64,000 nucleotides of DNA from Opitutaceae bacterium (lineage in GTDB: Bacteria > Verrucomicrobiota > Verrucomicrobiia > Opitutales > Coraliomargaritaceae). The notes below the pieces were generated by a model. It saw nothing but the letters and a program-made list of their open reading frames with translations, searched no databases and was not told the origin of the DNA. The stretch spans positions 32,001 through 96,000 of the forward strand of contig JBPOFY010000002.1 in the NCBI GenBank assembly GCA_051252375.1, read 5' to 3'. Below are positions 18,783 through 28,662 of this stretch, one piece after another. The position numbers were made by a program, and so were the translations under genes. Numbering within the stretch: position 1 is the first letter of the stretch; every line of letters begins with the position of its first letter.

Positions 18783-20660
18783 TCAAGCCAACGATGGCTG
18801 ATACTCGGGGACGAATACTCGTATCATTTCTTTCACCTCGGCTACCGAACCTTTAGCGATCGTATCCTGCAGGCGCACGAATGCGACTTCAACAGACTGC
18901 CCTTGAGCTATCGGCGCAACAAATCGCAAAACTCGCTCATGCGAAGTGGCATGTAGCTCCTCACTTAAATGCTGCACTTCCTCATACAACTTTTCACCCG
19001 GCTGAAGACCTGTAAATACGATATCGATATCTACGCTTTCACGTAAGCCACTCAAAGCTATCATCTGGCGAGCAACATCGATGATCTTCACCGACTCTCC
19101 CATATTCAGCACGAAGATTTCGCCGCCTGAACCTTGTGTCGCACTTTCCAACACAAGTCCAACTGCCTCCTCGACAGTCATAAAGAAACGCGTCACTTCC
19201 GGATCTGTAACCGTTAACGGTCCACCCTCTGAAATTTGGCGTCGAAAAATCGGAATGACACTACCGGACGAACCTAATACGTTGCCAAACCTTACCGACA
19301 TGAACTGCGTTGTATTTCCTTCAGCACGTTGCTGCTCCATCAATGCAAGCTCTGCGAGCCGCTTACTCGCCCCCATCACACTTGTCGGATTAATCGCCTT
19401 ATCCGTAGAGATTAAAATAAACCGCTCTGTATTTGATTCACTTGCAATTTTAACCAATCCAGCCGTTCCGAAAAAATTATTCTTAAGCGCTTCTGCCGGT
19501 TGGTTTTCCATCAAGTTCACATGCTTGTGCGCCGCCGCGTGAAAAACGACCTGTGGTTGGCTAAGCGCAAATAAAGCCTTCATGTCGCTAGTTGAACAAA
19601 TATCCAAGACATGTGTTTCCACTGAAATGTCTTTCTGATCGCGCCCGAGTAGAACCTCTTGCTGTAAGTTAAAAATTGCGAGCTCTGCCTGATCAACACA
19701 GAGCAAACTGGCTGGTTGATAGTCCAATATCTGCTGGACTAACTCACGACCAATACTGCCCCCTGCCCCCGTCACGAGAACACGTTTCCCCGCCAACATA
19801 GAACGGATCTCCTCAGAGTGTAGATCTACGGGGTCACGCCCAAGTAAGTCTTCCAACTGAATCGGCCGCAGTTGCGAAATTTCGGCATGACCACTTACCA
19901 AATCGGTCAACGCGGGAACCGTATCCACTGCGAGCCCATTCGCCCGAGCAAGTTCAGCAACACTACGGAGGCGCTTCACCGACGCAGATGGGAAAGCTAT
20001 CACCACCTTTGTCGCCGAAAAACGCTTAGCCACTTTCGGCAACTCATCCACTTCATCCGCAACAAGAACTCCGTGCACATAACGTCCAATTTTCCGAGTG
20101 TCATCATCTAGAAATGCCACCGGCCGCATCCCTAAACGGGACTTATTCATCAAATCAGAACATAGCCCCGCACCAACTTCACCGGCCCCAACAATCAAGA
20201 CGTTCTCGACATCATCCGCCGACAACCAATCTTCTATTCCGCGACTCGACTTCACTCGCATCGCCACACGAAAGCCTCCAATCAACAAGAAATTCAGCAA
20301 GAAATCAGTTAGAATCACAGCGCGTGGCGGCACACCATCTCCCTTATAGACATACCACATGGATGTCAGGATCAGCGCACTGACCAACAATGAAGAAAAA
20401 AGTCGCATCGCATCTGGTAAGCGGAAATACGAAAGAATACTATCGAACTGCCCAAACCCAAACAAGAGCATCAATTGCAAGCCTGCGACCCACCAAAAGG
20501 TTTCGATACGATCCAAGGCATGGTGCGAAGGCACATCAAAATCAAAACGCATTTCATATGCGAGCGCATAGCTGAAAACCGTGATCAGCAAATAGAGCAG
20601 GCACAACGCCAGTGTTCTGAAATTAAAATAGCGTGCGATGTAAACAAGCTTCATGTCCAA
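18783..20660 (-). CDS. Membrane-anchored UDP-GlcNAc 4,6-dehydratase (CapD/PglF family)
   Basis: Four TMs, GAGE.G, DLLGR, TGAGGSIG, HAAA.KHV, STDKA.NP.SVMGASK, RFGNVLGSSGSV and GEKL.EE motifs. Confidence 0.93.
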   Translation of the reverse strand: MDMKLVYIARYFNFRTLALCLLYLLITVFSYALAYEMRFDFDVPSHHALDRIETFWWVAGLQLMLLFGFGQFDSILSYFRLPDAMRLFSSLLVSALILTSMWYVYKGDGVPPRAVILTDFLLNFLLIGGFRVAMRVKSSRGIEDWLSADDVENVLIVGAGEVGAGLCSDLMNKSRLGMRPVAFLDDDTRKIGRYVHGVLVADEVDELPKVAKRFSATKVVIAFPSASVKRLRSVAELARANGLAVDTVPALTDLVSGHAEISQLRPIQLEDLLGRDPVDLHSEEIRSMLAGKRVLVTGAGGSIGRELVQQILDYQPASLLCVDQAELAIFNLQQEVLLGRDQKDISVETHVLDICSTSDMKALFALSQPQVVFHAAAHKHVNLMENQPAEALKNNFFGTAGLVKIASESNTERFILISTDKAINPTSVMGASKRLAELALMEQQRAEGNTTQFMSVRFGNVLGSSGSVIPIFRRQISEGGPLTVTDPEVTRFFMTVEEAVGLVLESATQGSGGEIFVLNMGESVKIIDVARQMIALSGLRESVDIDIVFTGLQPGEKLYEEVQHLSEELHATSHERVLRFVAPIAQGQSVEVAFVRLQDTIAKGSVAEVKEMIRVFVPEYQPSLA

Positions 20661-20682
20661 TATCCTAAAGAAAAACCTGACG

Positions 20683-21792
20683 TTAAAAACAGGATCGCAC
20701 GATTGCGATCACTTCCTCTCGATCGACCTCACTAAGCGAAGAACCACTGGGTAAACACATCCCATGCTCATAAAGGCGTTCAGCGCAAGCACCACCGTAT
20801 GCACGACTATGCTCGAAAACCGGTTGCATGTGCAAGGGCTTCCAAATGGGGCGCGCTTCAATTCCTGCATCTCCCAAAGCCGCAATCACTTTGTTCCGAT
20901 CCGTGCCAGCCACCTCGGGATCAATAGTCAAGCAGGTCAGCCAATAATTTGGAGCGCCCTCCCCCGATATCGGCATCATCACCACACCAGAAAGTTCTGA
21001 AAATGACTGACTGTATATTTCGAAATGCGCACGACGCACGGCAATACGACGATCCAAGTCCGCCAACTGACTGATCCCTAAACCCGCGAGCACATTGCTC
21101 ATCCGATAATTATAACCGATCGCTTTATGCTCGTAGTGAGGCACTGGCTCCCTTGCCTGCGTCGCAAAGTATTCAGCTTCCTTGATCAACTGCTCATCAT
21201 CCGAAACCAACATACCACCAGCGGAAGTCGTGATGATTTTATTTCCATTAAAGGAGAAAAAACTCAGCTCCCCCATTGAACCAGCTGGACGCCCACGATA
21301 GCTAGCACCCAATGCTTCAGCAGCATCCTCGATCAATGGCACTTTGTAGCGTTGGCAAAGCTCCAGAATGGCATCCATTTCGGCACATTGACCATAGAGA
21401 TGAACCACTATCACCGCGCTGCCCCCCCCCTCCTGCTCAAGGGCTTGCTCGAGAAGCACGGGGTCCATGTTCCATGTTCGCGGCTCACTATCCACAAAGA
21501 TAGGCTCCGCCCCTAAATAACAGATCGGATTGGCACTAGCCGCGAAGGTTAAACTCGGACAAATCACCTTATCCCCTGCCCCAACACCTAAGACTTTTAA
21601 AGCCAAATGCAGCGCTGCCGTCCCGGAGTTCAACGCAACAGCATACTTCCTCCCACTGCGCCCCGTAATCTCTGTTTCAAACTCCTTGAGGTGTGGCCCT
21701 GCAGGCGCCACCCAATTCGAAGTCAGAACAGCACCCACACTGGCATGGTCCAGTGCGCTGATATCTGGAGGTGATAAGTAAATACGGGGCAT
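20683..21792 (-). CDS. DegT/DnrJ/EryC1/StrS sugar aminotransferase (PglE/EpsN-like)
   Basis: IYLSPP, SGTAALHLAL, EDAAEALG, SFNGNKIITTS.GG, GYNYRMSN and LPSG motifs. Confidence 0.93.
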   Translation of the reverse strand: MPRIYLSPPDISALDHASVGAVLTSNWVAPAGPHLKEFETEITGRSGRKYAVALNSGTAALHLALKVLGVGAGDKVICPSLTFAASANPICYLGAEPIFVDSEPRTWNMDPVLLEQALEQEGGGSAVIVVHLYGQCAEMDAILELCQRYKVPLIEDAAEALGASYRGRPAGSMGELSFFSFNGNKIITTSAGGMLVSDDEQLIKEAEYFATQAREPVPHYEHKAIGYNYRMSNVLAGLGISQLADLDRRIAVRRAHFEIYSQSFSELSGVVMMPISGEGAPNYWLTCLTIDPEVAGTDRNKVIAALGDAGIEARPIWKPLHMQPVFEHSRAYGGACAERLYEHGMCLPSGSSLSEVDREEVIAIVRSCF

Positions 21793-21924
21793 AGTATGGT
21801 GTATGTCTAAGCATACGCGGTATTGAATTCGATCATATTTTCACCATATCCCAGATTGCGAATCAGATAGCTCACTCCCATCGTTTTATAATGACAAGCC
21901 GCCCACTCTTTATAGACTAAATGT

Positions 21925-22278
21925 ATGGTCAAAAATGTTCACAATATTATCCCTGAAGTCGCCGAATCCGTGCGCGGAGGCAATGGCACTGTTTACGCAC
22001 ACAAGTTATTAGATTTCTTCCCAGGCAGCGCCATCAAAAGCGTGGGCGTCGTTCGCCTAGAGCCAGGTGCCACCATCGGAGCGCACTCACATCATGGGGA
22101 TGAAGATTTCTACTACTGCATTTCCGGCACAGGTGTCGTCGTCGATAACGAGGTGGAACACCCCTTTACTCCAGGCACCTTACAAATCACTCGCGATGGC
22201 GAAACCCAAGCCATACGTAATACCGGTGAGACGGAACTCGTGTTCCTCGGCGCGTTGGTCGCCAACATTTCTGAATAA
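21925..22278 (+). CDS. Cupin domain protein
   Basis: RGG.G, LEPGATIG.H.H...EDFYY..SG.G and IRNTG motifs. Confidence 0.8.
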   Translation: MVKNVHNIIPEVAESVRGGNGTVYAHKLLDFFPGSAIKSVGVVRLEPGATIGAHSHHGDEDFYYCISGTGVVVDNEVEHPFTPGTLQITRDGETQAIRNTGETELVFLGALVANISE

Positions 22279-22283
22279 TCGCC

Positions 22284-23108
22284 CTAGAAAAAAGGGTTGT
22301 GCGCCAACTCTTCTCCCACAGTCGTCATCGGTCCATGCCCAGGGCATAAGACTGTCTCTGCAGGTAAACTCAGGATTTGTTCACGGTTATTCTTCAATGC
22401 CGCGCGATATCCTTGCTGTGTCCCTCCTTGGGAAAGGCAAAAAAGCGAGTCCCCCACCACGGCAACAGACTTCTCCAGACCACTCAGCACATAGGTCATA
22501 CCACCACGCGAATGCCCATTCGTAAGTCGAGCCTCAACGGACAAAGCACGAAATTGCAATACTTCACCCGCGCGAACTGCAGTCGCGTCCTGGTAAGGCT
22601 CTAACTCAGGGGCATACACTTGAGCACAACCAGTGGCCTCAAGAATGGCATCATACGCAGCAACATGATCGCGATGTGTATGCGTCAAAAACAGGGCCTT
22701 CAAGCTGAGCTGATGTGTCGTTAAATAATTTAAAACAGTCTCAGGGCACGCACCTGTATCAAACAGAATCGCCTCAGAGGTTTGCGGCACCGTCACGATA
22801 CAGCAGTTCACGCTCGCACCCTCATAAGCGGCGGCCGGAAAAGGCGTGTTTATAAACTCCAAACCTTTGATCTGCTGAATCTCAGGATACCACTCAGCCT
22901 TAGCCATTGAAACCAGTTTATCGGCATCCAATTTCAAAACAGAACCAATGGCACGCAAATGCTTCTCGTTAAAGTCACCAGACAACAGCGCGCGGACTTC
23001 CTGAATACTTAGATTCGATCTTACAGCCAATGCACCATGCCCGAGACGTTGCCCAACGGCAGACTTTCGCAACACATCATCAAAATTGTCTTCTATATTT
23101 ATTTGCAT
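22284..23108 (-). CDS. MBL-fold metallo-hydrolase (glyoxalase II-like) with an N-terminal helical extension
   Basis: FDTG, THTHRDH, GHS.G, VGD.LF and PGHGP.TTV..E...NPF motifs. Confidence 0.88.
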   Translation of the reverse strand: MQINIEDNFDDVLRKSAVGQRLGHGALAVRSNLSIQEVRALLSGDFNEKHLRAIGSVLKLDADKLVSMAKAEWYPEIQQIKGLEFINTPFPAAAYEGASVNCCIVTVPQTSEAILFDTGACPETVLNYLTTHQLSLKALFLTHTHRDHVAAYDAILEATGCAQVYAPELEPYQDATAVRAGEVLQFRALSVEARLTNGHSRGGMTYVLSGLEKSVAVVGDSLFCLSQGGTQQGYRAALKNNREQILSLPAETVLCPGHGPMTTVGEELAHNPFF

Positions 23109-23236
23109 GTAAAATTATTGATACGGCTACCAGACGACTAAGCATACTAAAAAACGCTCTGATCAAAACGAATCATTGCCATCGACAATAAGCCCAACAG
23201 TAAAGGCGAAACACAAACACTCCACCATCGTCAGTG

Positions 23237-23743
23237 CTATTCGCCTTCAGTAGGCTTCGTCTCAGATGATTCCCCTCCGAACAAACCAAAAAATCTTTTT
23301 TTGGGAGGAGCGACTTCAACTTCAGGAATCACCTCTTCAATGGGTTCAGGATCAGGCTCTGGATCAGGTTCTGTTCGAACAGGCGCCTTAAGCGCATAAT
23401 GCTTGCGCAATGCATCCACCACCTTGCCGTAAAGCAGAGGCTTATGAAAATAGAGAAGATCATGTTCCTTTATCTGCTCGATATCACTACTCGTCAAACA
23501 ACCAGAAACAATCGCACACTTCATGTTTGGATAAGACTGCCTCAACTCGATGGCGAATTGAATACCCATACCATCCATCAAACGATGATCTGTAATCACA
23601 ATATCAATCTCTTTAGATTCATCCAAGAGAACAGCTCGCGCTTCATCAATACCCGCAACTGGATAGACCCGCCCGTGAACTCTCAATTGCTCCGCCGCAA
23701 TATCCATCAGTTCTTTTTCGTCTTCAATAAAGAGGATATTCAT
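23237..23743 (-). CDS. Response regulator (receiver + Pro/Glu-rich tail)
   Basis: FIEDE, ITDHRL.DG.G, VSG and HKP motifs; EPDPEPDPEP linker. Confidence 0.85.
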   Translation of the reverse strand: MNILFIEDEKELMDIAAEQLRVHGRVYPVAGIDEARAVLLDESKEIDIVITDHRLMDGMGIQFAIELRQSYPNMKCAIVSGCLTSSDIEQIKEHDLLYFHKPLLYGKVVDALRKHYALKAPVRTEPDPEPDPEPIEEVIPEVEVAPPKKRFFGLFGGESSETKPTEGE

Positions 23744-23960
23744 CTCATGTACTTGTGTAATTCTGAACGTTTAAAGGTCATAAAATGCAGTAAACAAATT
23801 ACAATGACAACTCTGTAGTCATACAAAGAACACAGAATGCAAATATCCCATTCATAGAAACACCCTAACCTTTTGATTCGTAGACACTTTGAGTAAATGT
23901 TACTTTTCTGAAAGAAATCCCTTTACAGGCGCGAGCTTTCCACATTTATTCCCGCCTTCA

Positions 23961-24044
<84 letters not shown>

Positions 24045-24048
24045 TTCT

Positions 24049-24080
24049 AAAAGGTCGTCTCATTCGAGGCGGCCTTTTTT
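24049..24080 (+). terminator. Intrinsic terminator of tRNA-Met
   Basis: AAAAGGTCGTCTC-ATTC-GAGGCGGCCTTTTTT hairpin with T-tract. Confidence 0.8.
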
Positions 24081-24130
24081 GTTGCCTTCAACTGGAAACG
24101 AAACGCCACCGCACCTAGCGTGGTTCACCC

Positions 24131-24182
24131 AAAGACGCTCTTTCGAGCGAGTTTGCAAAATAGTGGGGAGAGCCCGATTCGA
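24131..24182 (-). repeat. Degenerate direct copy of the tRNA-Tyr 3' end plus terminator
   Basis: CGCTCTTTCGAGCG...AAAA.AGTGG.GAGAGCC.GATTCGA matches about 24296-24349, offset about 167 bp. Confidence 0.7.
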
Positions 24183-24293
24183 TCATCCTTTGGATCAGTC
24201 CACTGGACACGCCTAAAAGCGACCCCCTCTACATCTCGCGAACGAGACTACGTCAAACCAGCACGGTTGTTCTTCACTTACGTCTCACACCAC

Positions 24294-24322
24294 AAAAAAA
24301 CCCGCTCTTTCGAGCGGGTTTT
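24294..24322 (-). terminator. Intrinsic terminator of tRNA-Tyr
   Basis: AAAACCCGCTC-GAAA-GAGCGGGTTTTTTT on the minus strand, right after the CCA. Confidence 0.8.
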
Positions 24323-24327
24323 AAAAG

Positions 24328-24413
<86 letters not shown>

Positions 24414-24562
24414 AAGGGGAAAGGCGTGGACTGTAGGAGTAAGTTCGTCGATGCCAAGTAATTTTTTAAAATTTCTTACGTGCATTCATTTGCGCCTTCT
24501 GTAATACAAATTTCAGCCGCAAGGAATCTTCCTCCGTGGCTTTTTTATTTTTAGAACCAGAC

Positions 24563-26362
24563 ATGAATGGCGACCGCTTTAGCCTGAACAACCTGCCCAA
24601 TTGGATGCGGGGGCGCTTTGATGATGCCCAGCGCTTTCTCATGTTGTGCGTCTGTGCTGGTGTGCTGTGTGGTTTGGTCGGAGTTAGCTTCCACCTCGCG
24701 ATTACCACCGTTTTCGACGGCCTATTTGGGCTCTATGCGAACCTCGGCATCTGGGCCTACCCGGCAATGGTCCTGTCGCCTGCCTTAGCGGGATTGATCG
24801 TGGGCTTGATGATTCGCTATGTGTCCCCCACTGCCAGCGGTTCGGGGATTCCACAAACCAAGGCGGCCTACTACCAGAATTTTGGTGTAATTAAGACTTC
24901 GGAGGCCTGCTGGCGCTTTATCATCGGCACTATCTCTGTCGGCATGGGCAACAGTCTAGGCCGTGAAGGACCAACCGTTCATATCTGTAGCGCCTTCTCC
25001 TCAAAGCTAGGTCGCCTCTTCGGCTTAGGTAAACTACGCGTTCAAGCCATGGTGCCGGTCGGCATGGGCGCTGGTATTTCGGCCGCATTCAATGCCCCGC
25101 TCTCGGCGATCACTTTCGTATTCGAGGAATTGTTCGACAATAATTTCAGCAGTAAAGCACTGGGCGGGATCTTGATTGCCGTCGTGGTGGCGGCAGTGGT
25201 GGAACGTAGCTTGTTAGGCGAGCACAGCGCGCTCCATGCCACTCGCGAGCTCTTCGAAACCTCTTGGTGGATGCTGCTCTGCCTAGCCCTAGGTCCCACG
25301 GCGGGGCTACTGGGTCACCTCTTTACATCCCTCTTACTCAGCCTCCGCGAACGCTTCAAACAATGGCAGCAATTCCCTTCTTGGATGAAACCTGCCATCG
25401 GTGGATTAAGCGTCGGACTCATGGGTATCACAGTTTGGCACTTCAGCGGCGGACTGAACGATGGCCACCATGGAGTCTTCAGTATCGGTTACGGAGATTT
25501 AAGTGATGCCCTCAATGGGCGCCTCGCATGGCAGATCCTGCTCTTACTTTTAGTCGGTAAATTTGTCGCGACCGCGGTCTGCTATGCCTCAGGTGCCAGT
25601 GGTGGTATTTTTGCTCCCGTCCTGTTCATCGGCAGTATGCTCGGCGGTCTCTTTGGTGTAATTGCGGTCAATACATTCGGGCTAGACCCATCCGTAGCGG
25701 CTGCGGCTGCCCTACTCGGCACAGGTGCTTTCTTTGCGGCGGTGATTCGATGCCCACTGACTTCGGTGCTCATTATTTTCGAAATGACGCAAAACTACTC
25801 GCTCATTTTGCCACTGATGATCGGTAACTTTTTGGCTTACTTGATCTCGGTCAAACTGCGCCAAATTCCAATCTACGACGCCCTATTACTTCAAGATGGC
25901 ATCAGCCTCAAAAAGCTGCCGGCTTATCGCGGCGAACAGGACTGGCGCAATTTGCCCATCAGCACGATTATGACTCACGACAGTCGCACCATATTGGGCT
26001 CGCTCACCGCAGAAGCTAACATGGAGCGCATAATCGCCGATGGTCATAAACACCATGGTTACCCGGTGATTCAAAGTGAAAGCGACCCGACCCTTCTCGG
26101 AGTGATCACTCACCACGAAATCGAGGAGATGATAGCCGACAACGATTCGAGTCTTATCGACGAGTGGATTGCCGAGCATAAGATTATTAGCGTGTATCCG
26201 GATGATTCCATTCGCGACGTAGCCAATACTTTAGTCATCAAAGACGTGCTTCAAGCGCCAGTCGTGAGCCGCAAGGATACCACGAAGCTGCTGGGCATCG
26301 TTACCTTGCACGACATTGCCCGGCAGCAAAACGCCATCGAAGAATCGATGGAACGTGAGTAG
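24563..26362 (+). CDS. ClC-family Cl-/H+ antiporter with C-terminal CBS pair
   Basis: GSGIP, GREGP (gating Glu), FNAP...FVFEEL (proton Glu), GGIFAP, PIYD motifs, then two CBS domains. Confidence 0.92.
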   Translation: MNGDRFSLNNLPNWMRGRFDDAQRFLMLCVCAGVLCGLVGVSFHLAITTVFDGLFGLYANLGIWAYPAMVLSPALAGLIVGLMIRYVSPTASGSGIPQTKAAYYQNFGVIKTSEACWRFIIGTISVGMGNSLGREGPTVHICSAFSSKLGRLFGLGKLRVQAMVPVGMGAGISAAFNAPLSAITFVFEELFDNNFSSKALGGILIAVVVAAVVERSLLGEHSALHATRELFETSWWMLLCLALGPTAGLLGHLFTSLLLSLRERFKQWQQFPSWMKPAIGGLSVGLMGITVWHFSGGLNDGHHGVFSIGYGDLSDALNGRLAWQILLLLLVGKFVATAVCYASGASGGIFAPVLFIGSMLGGLFGVIAVNTFGLDPSVAAAAALLGTGAFFAAVIRCPLTSVLIIFEMTQNYSLILPLMIGNFLAYLISVKLRQIPIYDALLLQDGISLKKLPAYRGEQDWRNLPISTIMTHDSRTILGSLTAEANMERIIADGHKHHGYPVIQSESDPTLLGVITHHEIEEMIADNDSSLIDEWIAEHKIISVYPDDSIRDVANTLVIKDVLQAPVVSRKDTTKLLGIVTLHDIARQQNAIEESMERE

Positions 26363-26405
26363 TTCGAAGAAGTAAGACAGATAGCGCAGCGCTACCCGCA
26401 GAGAC

Positions 26406-26439
26406 AAAAAGACCACGCACGGGCAAGCCATGCGTGGTC
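26406..26439 (-). terminator. Terminator between the convergent ClC and 26459-28369 genes
   Basis: GACCACGCA...TGCGTGGTC hairpin with an A-run on its left side. Confidence 0.6.
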
Positions 26440-26458
26440 AGGAAATTTACTTTATATA

Positions 26459-28369
26459 CTAAGCTTTAGGCTCTTCAGCTTCGGGCGTAGCATCAGCCAG
26501 CGCTTCGGCATCAGCCTCATCAGAAGCAGCCTTCTTTGGCGCTTCCTCTGGCTCTGGTGCTACAGCTTCGGCGGCAGCTTCTTCGGTTGCGGCTACGACT
26601 TCAGGAGCAGGCTCGACGGGTGCGGGTTCTTTCACGACTTCCTTAGCCACTTCGGCAGTTGCCTCGGGCTCTGCTGGCGCTGGTTCTTCTACAGCAGCTG
26701 CCTCTTTCGGGGCAACCTCAGCAGCGACTGCTTCCTTAGGTGCCTCTACCTTTGCTTTAGGTTCTTTTGGCTTAGCCTCGGGCAATGGCGGCGCGGCATA
26801 CAATTTACCATCACCATACTCTGTCACATAACCTTCAGTGATCAACCAACGCAAATCTAGCATAAGCTGATTCAGTTTAGCTTGCTCCTCGGCAGTCAGT
26901 TCGACCACAGGGGTGGCTTCTGTAGAGGCCTCCGCATCGGGAGCGACTGTGGCTTCAACGGGTGCAGCTTCAACAGGCGCTTCGCTTGCAGCTTCGGTTG
27001 CCTCAGTAGACTCAGTTGCTGCTTCTGCAGCCTCCTTCGCAGCCTTTTTAGCTTCTGCCGCAGCGGCGACTTCAGCTTCAGATACTTTCAACTCTACTGG
27101 TTTTTGCTTCTCGGTATCGATATCGATATAAAGCTTCGGCAATTTAGAGGCAGGTAAATCCGGATGCTTCTCAATGAAATCAATCAGGTTGCTGATGGAA
27201 TCAGTGAAGATAGTCTTGCTGTCACGGAACTTACGTTTCACCGCACAAACATAAGAAACGCCCTTGGAACCCTTTTTATAAACGGTGAATTTATGACGGC
27301 GTAAACGACCGCGAATATTGTTAGCCGCTTCGAGAGGGAAATGCAGTTGTTTCTCTACATACGCTTCAACAGAACGGCGGATATCACCTACTGGCAAATT
27401 CAGTATGTCTCGACCTGCAAAACGAACATGCTCGCCGGATCCAACGACTTTGTCCTTACGATGCTGCAAGAGGAAGTGGCGAACAGCTTCGAGCGATTCC
27501 AACGACTCAGGCTCACCTGCTTGATGATCTTTCACCGTGTAACGCGCACCCTTCTTCATCGATTCGAGCCAAGCATCAATCTGCTCCTGCTCTTTTACCG
27601 TTTCGATCTTCGACTGAAAACGCTCAAACGACATACCGGAAATGCGTGCGGCATAATGAGCCTGGAGAAACTCTTGATAGCGATGGTAATTCGGCGGTCC
27701 GAGTAACTCACCGGTCACAGTGCAACGATTGACCATTTGAAAGTTGCCCTTTGGTGGCTCTATTTCGATTTCTTCAACATCGAAAAATAAATCAAGGTTA
27801 TTTGAAAGCACATGGCTGATCGCAGCCTCTTCAGTTTCAAAAGGTAGATGCCCTGGGACTGAAAAATGCAAAGGTGGCGTCACACCACCTGTTGGCAAAT
27901 TAGTGACCACCACAACATAACGCTCTGGCTTTTCTAAGAGAAGGTGGGCGATCTCAAATAACTGGTATGTGCGGGCAGTTGCGCGCAGACGCTTCACCAA
28001 AGCTTCAAAGGCTTCATCCTGCGGATAAATATCGACGTGAACCGTAGGTTGGAAAATCGCAGGTGCCTCACGACGGCGATCACCACCACGACCACCTCGG
28101 TCATCTCGGCGTGGCGGACGACCTTCACCTCCATCACGACGCGGCGGGCGAGCCCCACCACTAGGACGGCGATCACGCGAACCACCACCGCCACCACCGG
28201 AGCGACGATCGCCACCACGGGAATCTCCCTTGCGATCGTAGTTTTTCGGGCGACTTTGCTTCTTGTTTTCGTCGGCCCAATTAGGCCCGAAATCAAGACC
28301 TGAAAGTGCGTTAAGGTCGAGTGCCTGCTTTGAGGCAGGTTTAGAAGAATCAGATGCTTTATCAGCCAT
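26459..28369 (-). CDS. Hypothetical protein: Arg/Gly/Asp-rich N-terminus, globular core, acidic Ala/Glu/Pro-rich tail
   Basis: Long ORF with compositionally distinct segments; core contains C.VTG.LLGPPNYH.Y and L.WL..EGYV.EY.DG; start taken at ATG 28369. Confidence 0.8.
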   Translation of the reverse strand: MADKASDSSKPASKQALDLNALSGLDFGPNWADENKKQSRPKNYDRKGDSRGGDRRSGGGGGGSRDRRPSGGARPPRRDGGEGRPPRRDDRGGRGGDRRREAPAIFQPTVHVDIYPQDEAFEALVKRLRATARTYQLFEIAHLLLEKPERYVVVVTNLPTGGVTPPLHFSVPGHLPFETEEAAISHVLSNNLDLFFDVEEIEIEPPKGNFQMVNRCTVTGELLGPPNYHRYQEFLQAHYAARISGMSFERFQSKIETVKEQEQIDAWLESMKKGARYTVKDHQAGEPESLESLEAVRHFLLQHRKDKVVGSGEHVRFAGRDILNLPVGDIRRSVEAYVEKQLHFPLEAANNIRGRLRRHKFTVYKKGSKGVSYVCAVKRKFRDSKTIFTDSISNLIDFIEKHPDLPASKLPKLYIDIDTEKQKPVELKVSEAEVAAAAEAKKAAKEAAEAATESTEATEAASEAPVEAAPVEATVAPDAEASTEATPVVELTAEEQAKLNQLMLDLRWLITEGYVTEYGDGKLYAAPPLPEAKPKEPKAKVEAPKEAVAAEVAPKEAAAVEEPAPAEPEATAEVAKEVVKEPAPVEPAPEVVAATEEAAAEAVAPEPEEAPKKAASDEADAEALADATPEAEEPKA

Positions 28370-28577
28370 GGACTTATGAATAAAAACGCAACCGCTCTGC
28401 GCGGCCACGTGGGTGTGAGTTAGTTAGAATGAAAAGTGTTAGTTGAACGCGAAGGAAGATACAAGCCTGACGTCACTATTTATAGGCACAATTGAATTTT
28501 TTTGAATATTTATGTTGATCTCGAAAAAAAGCTGCCTATCACCTTCCAACTTCACCACGCGAAAGCGTTGGAATTTT

Positions 28578-28662
28578 GGTCGAATGGTGGAATCGGCAGA
28601 CACGCCAGTTTAAGGGACTGGTGCCGCAAGGCGTGGGGGTTCAAGTCCCCCTTCGACCACCA
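28578..28662 (+). tRNA. tRNA-Leu with anticodon AAG
   Basis: GGTCGAA/TTCGACC acceptor stem, Leu-type D-arm GGTGGAATCGGCAGACAC, stem CCAGT/ACTGG closing loop TTAAGGG (anticodon 28612-28614), variable arm GCCGCAAGGC, A73, CCA. Confidence 0.92.

Noticed and set aside
28605..28621. Reading the tRNA-Leu anticodon as TAA
   Set aside because: Centring TAA breaks the CCAGT/ACTGG stem; the 7-nt loop centres on AAG, with G37 as in CUN-reading Leu tRNAs.
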